Shown here: positions 25,882-38,900 of the stretch, piece by piece
How the letters are laid out: every line of letters starts with the position of its first letter
Position numbering within the stretch: the first letter of the stretch is position 1
NCBI GenBank assembly: GCA_965644295.1
Contig: CBFFRP010000123.1
Location: forward strand, 1-64,000
Length of the DNA stretch: 64,000 nt
Origin: Paraphysomonas bandaiensis
Taxonomy: Eukaryota; Protista; Chrysophyceae
Direction: 5' to 3'
Position numbers and translations under genes: made by a program
Notes under the pieces: model-generated
Seen by the model: the letters and a program-made list of their open reading frames with translations, nothing else
Database searches by the model: none
Told to the model about the DNA's origin: nothing

Positions 25882-27279
25882 CTACATTCGATTCTGCATA
25901 CGAGCTGTGTCATCATGTGAATGAATAGGGGCCCATCGCATTGGTCCTGTCTTCTTCCAGAGGGGAATTGACTTGACTGTGTAGACTTGGAGAGATTTTT
26001 TGTAATCGAGAGTTCGATTTGCTACAGAAGGAAAGCACGGACACGGAGGGTGGTTTGGTAAGGTGTGAACAAGGACCGCACAAAACATAGGGTCTGTGTC
26101 TGATGTGTGTATATATACTTTTGGACAGCAGGTCAATGGATAAGCTGGGGGGCATTGCGATGAAACACTTGGGAATATAGGACATAAACACGACAAAGTG
26201 GCGACGGCGGTAACAGTAGTAGTCTGATTTTCGCTATCGAATACAAGCTGCTTTGGGGCATTAGAAATATAAGACCTGGTTTGCGACGAGGATATAATGT
26301 TCATATCCCCCGTATAAGTTCCATTGCTAGGAAAATATCGTATATGAAAACTTGGCAGTATAGGATACAGACATGACGACAGACCGCTGGTGTTCAGCGC
26401 AGTTGTCTTACTAGCGCTATATTGCTCCGAAAGATTTGGAAGGAGATGATAAAAAGTGGAGACGGATTCATTCTTGAAATCATATGAATCATTTCCACGT
26501 ACGCTATCTGGAATAATAGACTTTGATGAATATATCTGTCGGAAAACAGCACCCCACGCATCTTCAGATTCCGAAAACCTTGCGTCGGTATAATACCCAG
26601 AGAGTAATGTTGTATTACATGGAGGAGGAAGGTGGGTATTAGTGTTAGGGGCAAGTACTCGATAGGGCCCAGATATTTCTTCGAGAGTACTTCTATCCAC
26701 GGAATATAACGGCTGGCGCACACGCTGTCTGGAATAGAATGAACGACTCCTACACTTGCTGTTTGGCTTCATTAGTGTCGCGTGTAAAAGCTGTACAGCA
26801 ATAATAACCAACAACCACAAAACCGTCACTTCTTCATTGTTCACAGGAGAGTGTCTACTCGGAATCTGAATAAAACACCATACTATAATCAGCTACAGTG
26901 AAAAAGACCCGCTAACCTCGTGAATATGAGGGGTTTCAAAGCATGATATCGACTCCCGTCTATAGGAAGTATTGAGTAGTCCATATAACTCAAACTTAGA
27001 TGGATTACAAATATATGGTACTTCCTTTCCAGTCTCCCTCATACAAATACATGAAGAGATATCTACTGCACCGGATAGTTCCTAGAATATATAGTAATTA
27101 AGATAGAATGAGATATATGATGATAGTTCAAGTACATCTGTTATAATAATATTCGTGTGTTGTAGATCAAAAAATATTAACTCATGACATGTTCCATGTT
27201 TGTCAGAGAGTGAGAGTAAACATTCACATTCATTCGTAGAATTCCAATTCAGAATATCAAGAATAATTGTAGTATTCAT
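25882..27279 (-). CDS. Hypothetical protein, probable single TM segment
   Basis: 320-codon ORF 25882-26844 with hydrophobic VLWLLVIIAVQLL; upstream exons inferred from splice-like signals, so the start is uncertain. Confidence 0.45.
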
Positions 27280-27903
27280 TGTTCTATGTGGTTATATATG
27301 AATAGTGAACTCATCATATATATGCTTATATATATGAACACAATACACTGTATATATATATGGTTATGACTAGACTGGTTCATATGTAATACACTGTACA
27401 TATATGACACTAGCTAGTTTGTTCCTATGGAGTTTATACACTGTAATCTTGTGGGGATAAAAGGAAATAAAGTAATACGAAGAAGAAGTGAGATATGAAG
27501 TGAGGTGAAGTGAGGTGAAGTGAGATGAAGTCTCTATATTGACACAAGTTCAACAACTATCTAACAAATACATACTCTGTATGTACAATCTACGTACACT
27601 GCTGTACATAAGTAGGTGGGATACATCGCATCCCAGTTCTTTTTTTGTTCGACTCTAGAAAATCACAATATTGTCTGATCATATTTTGGATTTTTTCTAT
27701 ATAAAACAACAGTTTTCAACATTCCCTTATTCCAAGACAAAATATCAGTTAAATTTCGTGTTACAATATACAAAATTTAAAATTCGAATTTGTTTTTTCA
27801 TGCACCACATACATACACATATATGTATATATTCACAGTGATGTGTACATGCATCTCATCACTTTCTAATCATATCAATCCATACTATACAAACCAAAAC
27901 AAT

Positions 27904-29056
27904 ATGAAAGCAACAGGAGGTGCAGGCTTATCAAATAGAGGTGGAGGAAAGACCCGTCAAGGGGGTGGTTCAGTTAAAACAAAGAAGACTGTACCTAGAA
28001 AGACTAAAGATGTTGATGACTCGATTATCATACTAAGAGAAGCTCTATTCACCCCATCTGGAGCAGATAAAGATGTCACTGCTGGCATTGCACCACCATT
28101 CATGAAGTTCAATAGGAATGGATTGGATCTTGTCATAAATTTCTCATCAAAATTAAGTAAAGCAGAAAGCAAATGGGCATTTGAGTTAACTAAGAATCAT
28201 ATGGAGGATGTATATGATGCAAGTGGATATGGATGGGATGATGAGGATAAAATGAGAGAGTTAACTGAGCAAGGTGCAAGATTTCTTATTGTCCGTGAAA
28301 GGGTGGAAGAAGGTATGCCACCCGGTCCTATTCGTGCCTTCATACACTTTCGTTTTACGGTCCAAGGCGAGGTCATGGATAAGATGGCCGGAGACCCATG
28401 TGTATACGTATGGGACATACAGTTGGAAGAAAATATACAAGGCAAAGGGCTTGGTCGACACTTACTTCTCATTTTGGACCTTATTGGGCGACAGCAAAGA
28501 ATGAAACATTTATGTGTACCAGTGCAGCTGAATGACGAGCGTACTACTGAATGGCTTTCAAAGATCAAAGGGTTTGGTCCTGATACAGCTCTAGAGCAAT
28601 TGGTTGGGTTTGATCCAGATATGGAGGTAGGCGGTTGATATACTGATTCACTCAATCGAATGTGTTGAAATGTGTGTATAGGGCTTCGAGGTGTATTCTA
28701 AACCCCTCTGCCTCCCTACAGCTATGAAGACCGCCTCACCTAGCAGCCCTACAGATGTTACTGCCACAGAGAAATCTCCTGTCACAGTACCACCGGAAGA
28801 AGTTAACGTTGGTTCTGATACCGAGGAAGATGCTGAGGGTGAGGTCGAAGACGAAGGTGACGAGGAGCCAGAAATGAACCAGGAAGACATAATCAATGGC
28901 CTCCAAGTGATGTTCAGGGAGAAGCACGGTAGGGATGCCACAGAGGAGGAGGTGGCACAGTGGATGGAAGCTATCAACAGTGTGACGGATAAGTTACAGG
29001 GAGTTCATGTCGATGACATTGAGACTGAAATTGTTGACACACCACGCGATGCATAA
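27904..29056 (+). CDS. NAA40: N-alpha-acetyltransferase 40 (NatD), GNAT
   Basis: FELTKNHM..Y..SGYGWDDEDK..EL...ARFLIV, FIHFRF, acetyl-CoA motif QGKGLG; intron ~28627-28681. Confidence 0.88.
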
Positions 29057-29276
29057 TCTTCATCGTCGATTAAGTGTACTTCTGTATTATGGGATGGTTT
29101 ATGTTAATTTATAATTATGAGCATAGTTTACTTCAATATGATCTATGCGGAGCTTCGAAACGCATTTAAACATAAGTATGCTATGAAACTAATGCACTCT
29201 TAGCTCTTATACGCTTATTTATATTCAAAAATATACAAGCAGCGATATATAGCACTACACAACCCTATCTACATAG

Positions 29277-32087
29277 TCACTTCACGAAACTAGATATGGC
29301 ATTTAAGTGATCTTTCATTCTCTCTATAATTTTCTCCGTAGATGCTAACGACGAGTTAACATTACTCATGGTACGAATATAAAGACTTATTCTATTCATA
29401 AGTTCCTTCATTTGCACTTTCGTAATGATATCCGACCCTTTCTCAATAGCAAATTGCTCGATGAGTTCGTCTGCTGTTAAAGACGAACAGGCAAGAGCCA
29501 TTTCCATAAAAAGCTGTACACTTAGATGTTTCTTCCGCCAGCGATAATAATTTTGGAATGTATCCGACTCTGCAAATCCCATGAAGAGATCCTGTCTCTT
29601 GGACGACACAAAACAGTCTGGTATGTGTCTGGCATTCTTGCGGTATTTTTTCACACTGGCGGCAAAGGAATCTCCCCCAAGGAGTTCGTTCGGGTTGCGG
29701 TAAAGCCACAGAGACGACGCGCCTTTCCGAAGTGGGGACGGTGCCCGAGAAGTAGATGACAATTCTTTTGCTAGTACAGAGACTCTACTACCCGAGGTGG
29801 CGCCTGTACTATCCTCACTGTGCCCCATTGATGTGGCTGATGGTTCACCTCGAGGAGGCGATTTCGAGGCTGGACTGCCACCGTCCGCCCTCCAAAACGA
29901 TCCAGAGATTGATGACGCGGCTGCCGGCATACTGGTGTGCAGGTCACTTCTCGCTTGAAAGTGGGACTCAAAGGGTTTCATTAATGCATACGTGAGGTGC
30001 CGAAAATGTTCCCTGAGGAGCATATTGCCAATGATTGCCTGCCTATCCGAGCCCTGTAGGGAGGGCGTTTCTTCCTCGCCTAGTATGCTACCAAGCATAG
30101 AAAACATAGACGTTGAGGATGAAACGGAAGACTGGGTGGCCAGAATATCCTCTATGGCTGGGCTGTTAACTAATTGAAGAATACGGGAATCTGGTCGAAC
30201 GGAAAGTGAATGACGAATACACAGCATAGTGTTGGCACCACTTCCACCAGATGTACCTGCCCCGCCACTTGCCATCCATCGGTCATGCACTACCTCCAGA
30301 GAGGTTTGTCGAGACAGGCGACTCACACTGCAAGGAAGGTCCGGTACAGGGGTATCAGGTATATCAGGAGGAAGAGTGATTGATAGAGAAGTTGTAGTAC
30401 TGCTGGTGCTGACAGAGGTTGACATATCAGGTCCATCTTCAGAAGTAGTCTCACGAGTTGATGACCGAGACGAGAATAAACTCATTTTTCTTCCCCTAAC
30501 CTTTGAGAAGGGCGAAGCTCCACCGCTGCCCGCTTTGCTCTGAATCACAGGCAAAAATATGCAGGCATCAAAGTGAGCAAATGATTTCAATAGAAATGGA
30601 TTGGTAATGCCAACAATCATCCCTGGAGGGCGAACACCAGCAGGGTAGGTGCTTCCGGTCACACAGGTGCCAAGAGAGCTACCAGAAACACAACGCCCGG
30701 TGACGCTATTTTCACTCGTCGCCCGGGTGAATTGAGGTTGTTCATCCGAAGAAACACCCGCGGTTGTACCTGCATATCCGACTGTCATATCGTGGAGCTC
30801 ATCGAAGCCCTCACTGGATGCGGTCACGTCTAGTGTGCCGGGTCGGTGAGTGGCCCCACTCGATAGTATTGGAGCGCTAGCTGAGGGAGGTGTGCGATCG
30901 TACAGGGACTCCACTACATCAAATATCATCCCACTGTCTGAGCCAAACGAAGAAGTAGGAGATACGACCGCGCCGACGCTAGCCCCTGCCCCACAGCTCA
31001 GCAGTGCCCCGGGTGATCCGCCTGACACTTGAGCATCATCCATCTCGTACTTACGGGCTGAGGCTGCTGACAATAGAGTCACATCGCTATCATAAGGACT
31101 TATATAAGGTCTAAAATCTCCTCCGTATGATAGTGGAGCCGACAAACTAACTAACGCAGTGACCACTCTTGACGAGAGCTCCGCGGAAGGAGCCCAAACC
31201 AGTATGTCTCGCCCAGTTACAACCAGCTCCCACAATGTCCACACGTGCGGCAAGAGGCCTAGTGGCTTCAGGAGTGACAATAAATTTTCATCTCCAAACA
31301 AGCCAGAGCCTCCACCTAGGCCGTCGTCCACCCTGTTACTGATGGAGGGATCACGAGCCCGGGACGGAGGTTCGATGCCATAATCGACGTAAGTCATCAG
31401 ACTCGGTACAATGAAACTAATAATGTCGCCGTAGAATGGAAGCTCCAGGTGTTCACCACCTGTCGGATATGGCCAGGATAAAAAGTGCTCATATGCAACT
31501 TCAATGGAAGCATACAAGTTGCTGTCGTACAACTCTATACTAACTGGCGGTCTGAGGCCGTTCGAATCACCGCTGTTGCAAACAACACTCTTCTGCGGCA
31601 GGTGCTCAACTACACCAGTAAGCCGGTCCAAAATTCTGTACGCAAGCGCCGCAAATGGATGCTTACAGACTAGAACTATGCTTCGTTGAAAGAACCCTCT
31701 CTTCGTTGATGCGTCCCGAGATTGCGAGAACGAAACGAAACAGTTTAAACAATGGTGTTTGAACTCTAGCTGCTTTTCTCGCACACGCAAAAGGTATTGA
31801 AATTTATGCTTACTGCCTGCCTGCAAGCAGTCTGGCATTGATAACATCTTAATATCACTAAGAACATTATCGCTAACCTAAAGATATACACGACATGAAC
31901 TTCATAGTAACATACGTATTGATCATATACCGAATTTGGAGGATACACAGTTTTTATTTGTTGTCCATGCGACTCATCAAACACAACCACCTGAATAAAG
32001 AGATCAATCAATACATAATTTCTATTGTTTATCGTATACCACTATGGCAACAGCCCATGGAGTGGTTTCAATGTTGTTATCATTCAT
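29277..32087 (-). CDS. DENND6: DENN domain protein, DENND6/FAM116-like Rab GEF
   Basis: VVFD..GQ, LSMPD, RGFFQRSIVL, LWELVVTG, DFRPY, GITNPF; short 5' exons from ATG 32087. Confidence 0.85.
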
Positions 32088-33035
32088 CTTCTCTTAATAT
32101 TTATATAATCGGGACATGTAATCTAACAATTGATGTAATGTTATGTATACATCAATGATACTGTAATAAAACTATATATCAGTTTGATACATTAACATGA
32201 GATGAATATGTTTAATTAATTCCTTTCTTGATAGTGTCAGATCTGTGATGTAAGTGCATATATATATATATATATATAGATGTATATGTAATGATGTGTG
32301 TAGTATGTACTACTGCTCTATGTACACACGACTGTGTATGCATATATATAGCAGAGGGACAATTCTACGAATAAAATGAAACTCCGACATACATTTTGTA
32401 CACATACAAACTGTCCATAGAGGCGTTTTTTGACAAAGTGTACCAGCCCTCCACTTGTCGGACTGCACTCGAAATAAAAAAATTGTACTCATTTTGACTA
32501 CAATTTCAAAGCTCTACACTCATATTCCATACGAAAAAACGCAATACAAAAAAATAAAGTGGGACCAGACTGGTCCGCTTTTTGTCGAAAAAAGTCTCCA
32601 TATGTACTTGCATGATGTGATGGTACTGTATATACGGTAGAATACATTGTCCACATAGACTACAGTAGAGTCGAAAAAAAAATACGTTGGTGAATTCTGA
32701 TATTTTTTTGAATATTGCCCTCATCCAAGTGCTGTGTATCCTACACCTGTATGCTGTTGTATGGATATACACAACTCAAAGTATGCTATGGAGTATGTGT
32801 GCTGTGTGTATGTATATCCCACAGCAGGACTGTCTGTTGTATATATACGATACCCACACATCTATCATATCAACATAATCTTACTGTCACAATAACCATA
32901 ACACTATACAAACATACTATCCCATCACACTATCTTGTGTATCCCACTCTCTTAATTCAACAGAGTACATCCACCTATCTCTATCTCTCTCCATTAACTA
33001 TCAGATCCATTACATTCTTGTATTAACACTATAAT

Positions 33036-35041
33036 ATGACAGACGAGACAACAGATGAATTAAGTACAATGAATGCACTTAGTAGTAATATTCATACACC
33101 ACTACAAAAACGTTTAAGAGATAAAACATATGATCTAATATCTTCACAATACACACCTGAATTGATTGAAAAGAAACTCAGTGAATATAATGAGAAAATA
33201 CAATTACATCAAACTCAAACGGCTGAATTAAGGCGATCAACAGAGTTAAGATCATCGGGCCTTGTTTCTTATGAGGTATACATTCGTATTTTGCAATAGA
33301 GCAGCATATCATGTTTTGTATCTTAGAGTTCTCTTGCATCTGCGTCGAAAGTGACAAATATGTCCGTCGCTAAAGCTTTGACAATGGCTGAAACCCCCAC
33401 CACTCGACCTGTTCCTCAGCATGGTAGCCATACAATCTCTCATCCTACCCAAAACTTGGGCAAGCGTTTTTCTCTTTCAAGCGCATCCCATCCTAAAGCC
33501 ACTGAGAAAACTACTGTGGTATACCTTCATATTGCGATATAGCATCTACTTCTTGTACTAATTTCGTATGCTTGGTAGGGTCCACTGGATAGTGAGCACC
33601 AGCAACAACTTGAAGTGATGAATGAGTCTATATTTCATGAATTGTCGGAACAGCTCAAGGGTGAGAAGGTTCGAGTCACAGAGCTATCCGCGAAGATTAA
33701 TGAGTTGCATGGTCTTGAGGAGGAACAGCGGCGTCGTGCACGAGCTCTTGAGGACGAGAGAAACGCGTGAGTATAGAGGTATTGTATCTACGATATTGTT
33801 GTAACACTACGACGCTGTAGTATTGTTGAACAACGAGATCAGATGGAAGAGGAACTCGCGCAGCTTCGGTCGACATGCGAAGGACAACTTGTGCAACTAG
33901 AGGTAAGTTCGCGGAATTTGATGACATGTATCTTATGGGTATTTGTAGAGTAAAACTAATCGTATTGTGGATCTCGAAAAACTGCTTAGTGACTACATGG
34001 ATCGGGAGTCGGAGTTGCGGGACCAGGTAGTACTAGCTGAAGAAAGCAATGAACTGGCGGAGGCGCAGCGGGATGGATATGTATGAGCATATGCTACTAA
34101 CTACCGTATTCTAACTACTGACTACTTTAGCTTTCCAAGATGAATGAAGCTTCGAATAAATTGCGATCCATGATTTCAAGAGTTCAGGAGGTCAGCGACG
34201 AGAATGACGAGCTGCGGTCGCAACTGGCCGCATTACAGGCAGAACGGTATAGAGCTTAAAGCATACGATACTCGCTATTCATTTCTCTTGCGTAGGGATG
34301 CAGCCTTGCAACAAGTAGATGGGAAGGAGTCAACAATCGGACAGCGTGAGAAGGAGTTCAGTGAGATTTCAAATCACAACCAGGAGTTAATTCGAACGAA
34401 TAATGACCTCACCGAGCGCATGTGCGACATTCCAAAAGTAATGTGTGAAGCCTAATGTTGTGGTATAGGAAGCAGCTGGAAGAAACTGTTCGGATTGCAC
34501 GAAGTGATAGTGAGATGCTTCGCGCAGAATTCGACGAGATGTCTCGAGCGAACCAGATTTTAATTGCTGATAATGACAAACTGAAGGCTCGCATGTACGA
34601 TGCTAGTTCAGTTTTTTATGTGTGACTTGGTGGTTTGTATGCAGCGGGACTAGTGAGGCGGAGGTGCAGCGTGCGGAGGATGTTGCGGCGGAAGCGCGAC
34701 AGATTGCGGAGAAGCACAAAAATGAGTACGCTATTGCGATGGAGAAACTGACGAAAGCAGAGCATATAGTGGAAGAGGTGGAGAAAGAGAGAAGCCATAT
34801 TATTAGTGTGCAGCAAGGTCTCGTGAAGCGAGTGGACGCAGAGAAAAAAAGCAATCATGTTACCGTGGTTTATCATCGATCACAGGTTCGCACTTTATTG
34901 TTTTCCATGATAACCTGAAATGTTTCACTATAGACTTTGCTTTTGCTAACGACTATCTGGGCCCTGATAATCGGGATCATTTACAATTATATAGTTGACT
35001 TCAAGCCATGTACACATGATGACTACAGATTTACCTCTTAA
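33036..35041 (+). CDS. Multi-exon coiled-coil protein with C-terminal transmembrane anchor
   Basis: Chain of short GT-AG-bounded exons rich in E/K/R/Q heptads; last exon 34934-35041 reads TLLLLTTIWALIIGIIYNYIVDFKPCTHDDYRFTS*. Confidence 0.65.
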
Positions 35042-35517
35042 AAGGTTTATCCACTCGCATCATCACAACTCATATTTTCTGCTGGCCTAAGTTGCAGTTT
35101 ATAATACTAATAATGAAGAGGTAGTATGGTTGACTGCACATTTTTGTAAAACTGTTTCGGGGAATAATAGACAGTTGAAAACATGGGATAAAATTTCTTT
35201 GTCCTTTATTCACAGATGTCATTCCCGTGACTTCGATTTTAGGTAGAGTGTCATCAAAATAGGAGACGAGCGGTTATCTTTCTAGAAAGAGCTGAAATTT
35301 CGTTGAGGAAACGTATAGAAAAATAGGATCATAAAATATCAGCTCGTAATATTTCGCTTCCTACTTACCACAGTCGTAATACACAAAACTATAGGCTTAC
35401 CTAAAAATTCACATTATTATACTAAATCTCATTATATCAAGTAGACTATAGACATGTAGTTTAGCTTGTAAATTTAGCGAACTTACGAAACACCTGCTTT
35501 ATAATATGAGCCGAGAG

Positions 35518-35810
35518 TGTTGGGAAATGCTCATTTTACTTAGATCAAAGAGAGATTAAGTTGTTAGACTAGATAGATTTATTAATATCGTTTACACGAA
35601 TTGTGTTAAACAACACAAGCTCGTTTTGTGCCATGCATAAATCACTACTTCTGTAGACCTTTCGCTACTAAACATATCTTGAAAGAGCAAACTATTTCAG
35701 TTTTCTCAATATCATAACAGCATCTACACATCACCATACTTCACTGTATTCTCGTACATTGTCTTCAAGTACCACATTGAATATACTAGGATACAGTCCA
35801 TATTCTAATA
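35518..35810 (-). repeat. 3' LTR (293 bp)
   Basis: Direct repeat of 40680-40972; preceded on the minus strand by PPT GAGTGGGAG. Confidence 0.95.
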
Positions 35811-35983
35811 CTCCCACTCAATGTAGAATGCAGTGATACGAAACAACAATGAGTACAGTGATCTTCATGCTATAAACTAGTCTCATAGGTAAAATAGATG
35901 TGAAATCTTATCAAGATACATATATAACTAGCAGTCAACTAGATATATAGTTATGTGGGATTCTCACCCACTAAAACACACCT

Positions 35984-38900
35984 TTAACCTCTTCGGGGTC
36001 GCTTCTTCTGCTGCTCCTCAACTCTGGTTGACACACTTCTCTTAACCCCGGTAATAGTTTTCTCATGACGACTGAAAAGTTTCGTTGACAATGCCTTCGT
36101 GAAAATATCAGCCGCCATATCATCCGTCGACACATGAATCAACTTTGCCGTAGGAAATTTTCCATTTACATGCTCTCTCACCCAGTGATACTTGATGTCT
36201 ATATGCTTCGACCTCTTATGATACACAGGATTCTCGGAGAGATCTTTCGCACTCTTGCTATCCATAAAGAATGGAGTCGGCTTCGCAACTAAGAGCCCGA
36301 GCTCCTTGAACACCCCCCGAAGCCACACCAGTTCTTGCATAGCCGCATACTCCGCCATATATTCAGATTCCATGCTCGAAGTTGCAACTGTGGTCTGTAG
36401 TTTAGACTGCCAGGCCAATGCGCCTGCACATAAGAACACAATGTATCCTGTTGTCGATCGCCGAGTCAGTCTATCACCAGCCCAATCTGAATCACTGAAC
36501 ACATGTAAGTCGAACTCACTCCCACTGAATCTGATGCCCTCATCAATTGTTCCACGCAAATATTTCAATAAGTGAATCGCCAGTTTGCACGATGCATATG
36601 TCGGACAACTACTAAATCGAGACAATAACCCCACTGCATAAGCCAGATCAGGTCTAGTATGCATTGCTAGATACAACACTGCTCCAATAATTTGCCGATA
36701 CGGAAATGAGTCAACCCACTGCTTCTGCTCCTCCGTAAGTTCACGTTCCTCTGCCAACAGATCCTGAACATTAGTAGGTAGTGGGGCCTCCTTATTCTTA
36801 CTACTCTTTCCCATAACTGAGCTGAATTTCTTGATAATATTCTTAGCATACTCAGATTGATCTAACATATACCAATTTTCTCCTCTGGTTATCCTGATGT
36901 TCAGAAATCGCTTACACACTCCCAGATCATGCATCTCGAATGTTTCACAGAACCTACGCTTTACGCTTTCCAAGTAAGTCAGATCAGCGGATGCAATTAT
37001 GATATCATCAACATATATCAATAATAAATGCAGTTTTCCGTTACTCCATCGCATATACAAACACGTATCCAAAATACACGGAGTAAAATGCAATGATTTA
37101 ATAAACTTGTCAATATGTTTATTCCACTGTCGCGGTGAAGATCGCAGTCCATACAATGCCTTGATTAGTTGAAAACACCATCCAGCTAGTAATTCCTCAT
37201 CTGGTGGAGGTGCCATATACACGTCATCCTCCAGATCTGCATAGCAAAATGCGGATGATACATCTAATTGATGCACATGCATCTGTAACATAAACGCAAT
37301 CGCTAACACTAGTCTAATGGTTATACCCTTAACCACTGGAGCGAAAGTGGACGGCTCCTCCTCCTTCTTCTCTTGGAGATTTCCTAATGCCACTAGCCGA
37401 GCCTTGTACTTTACTATATTCCCTAGTATGTCTCGCTTCACCGTATGCACATATTTCGCTCTAACTAATTTCACTCCGCTTGGAATTTTCACGATCTTCA
37501 AGACACGTCTTTTCAGCAATGATGTCTTCTCCACCATTCGAGCTTTTCTCCATTGTTGATACTGTGGAGATCTCTCTGCCTCGGCATATGAATTTGGTAT
37601 CTTGATATCTTCTGTCTCTGCATGGTTAAGATCAATATTATGCGCATCCGGTACTTCAACCATATTAATCTCTCCTAAAACTGACGCGTTTGCCAGTCTC
37701 CGCTGCAGCCGTTTGCGTCGGACCCGACCATCACCATCTAGTTCAATCGGTCGACGAGGTATATAAGAACCCATACCTTGCTCATCCTGAGCACGCACAT
37801 CGTGCGTTGTGGGAGGAGCCCCGCTCACAACCCCAGACTCATAGTCTTCAGAGGTCTGCAACCTCACAGCTGTCTCCTGACAGGTTGGGTCAGGACTCTC
37901 CTGTAACCCTCCAGGTCTTCCCTGGTCCAGCACCCTGGCTGGCATAGTACTCAGGGCGTCCCCCTTTCCTATATATCCGGTATTCCCGGGAGTTTCTGCA
38001 GTCATTCGCACTACGTCCTCGACGTGAATCGGCACCCGGTGCTCGATATGCTTCCGACCTGCAGTTACCAGAGATCGATAGGCTACTATTACCCCCTTTC
38101 GTTCTACTACTCTCGTGGTCTTGTAGAGAAGACCATCCTCATCATCAATATGATATGTACCTTCTAAGCCCGCATAGTCAGACACAATTTTCGGTCTCTC
38201 GGCCTCCTTCACTCGAAGAGCATCTATCTCAGCGAAATAGCTCTCCGAGCGTGACGGTATGGACTCATCAGTTAATACATGTACCGACGTGACGACCCTA
38301 TCAGTCGCAGGTAGATATACATCATATCCTACCTTTTCATCTGAATATCCTATCAGATATCCGATAAGGGCCTTGTCGTCCCAGTCTTTCCGTCGATCCG
38401 CCTTTGTAGTGAGGACATACGCACGACACCCCCATACTCTGAGATATTTCAGGTTGGGAGCCTCACCAGTCAAAAATTCAAGAGGGGACATATACCCCTT
38501 CGCTGTCTTTGTAGGCAATCGAATTAATATGTACCTGGCTGCCATGTAGGCATCTAGCCAAAACTGTGAAGGCAATCCTGACTGAATCAGCATCGCTAAT
38601 GTCATCTCACCACAGGTCCTGAATTTCCGCTCCTCAATCGCGTTCATCTCAGGAGAGTCCGTAGAGCTCCACGTATGTTGATAGCAACCCTGTGACCTAA
38701 GATATTGTCGCAGCTCATCACATATTAGCTCCCCTGCTCCATCTGCATGGTAATGATGCATTTCTAATTTGTACCTTTTCACATCTCCTTCAAAAATCTT
38801 CTTGAAAACCTGCAGTACCGATGACCCAGTCCTATGAACAAGCCCTTCCGACCAGAACATCCGACTGGCATGGTGTGTTAGTTTGAGCACATATATTTCC

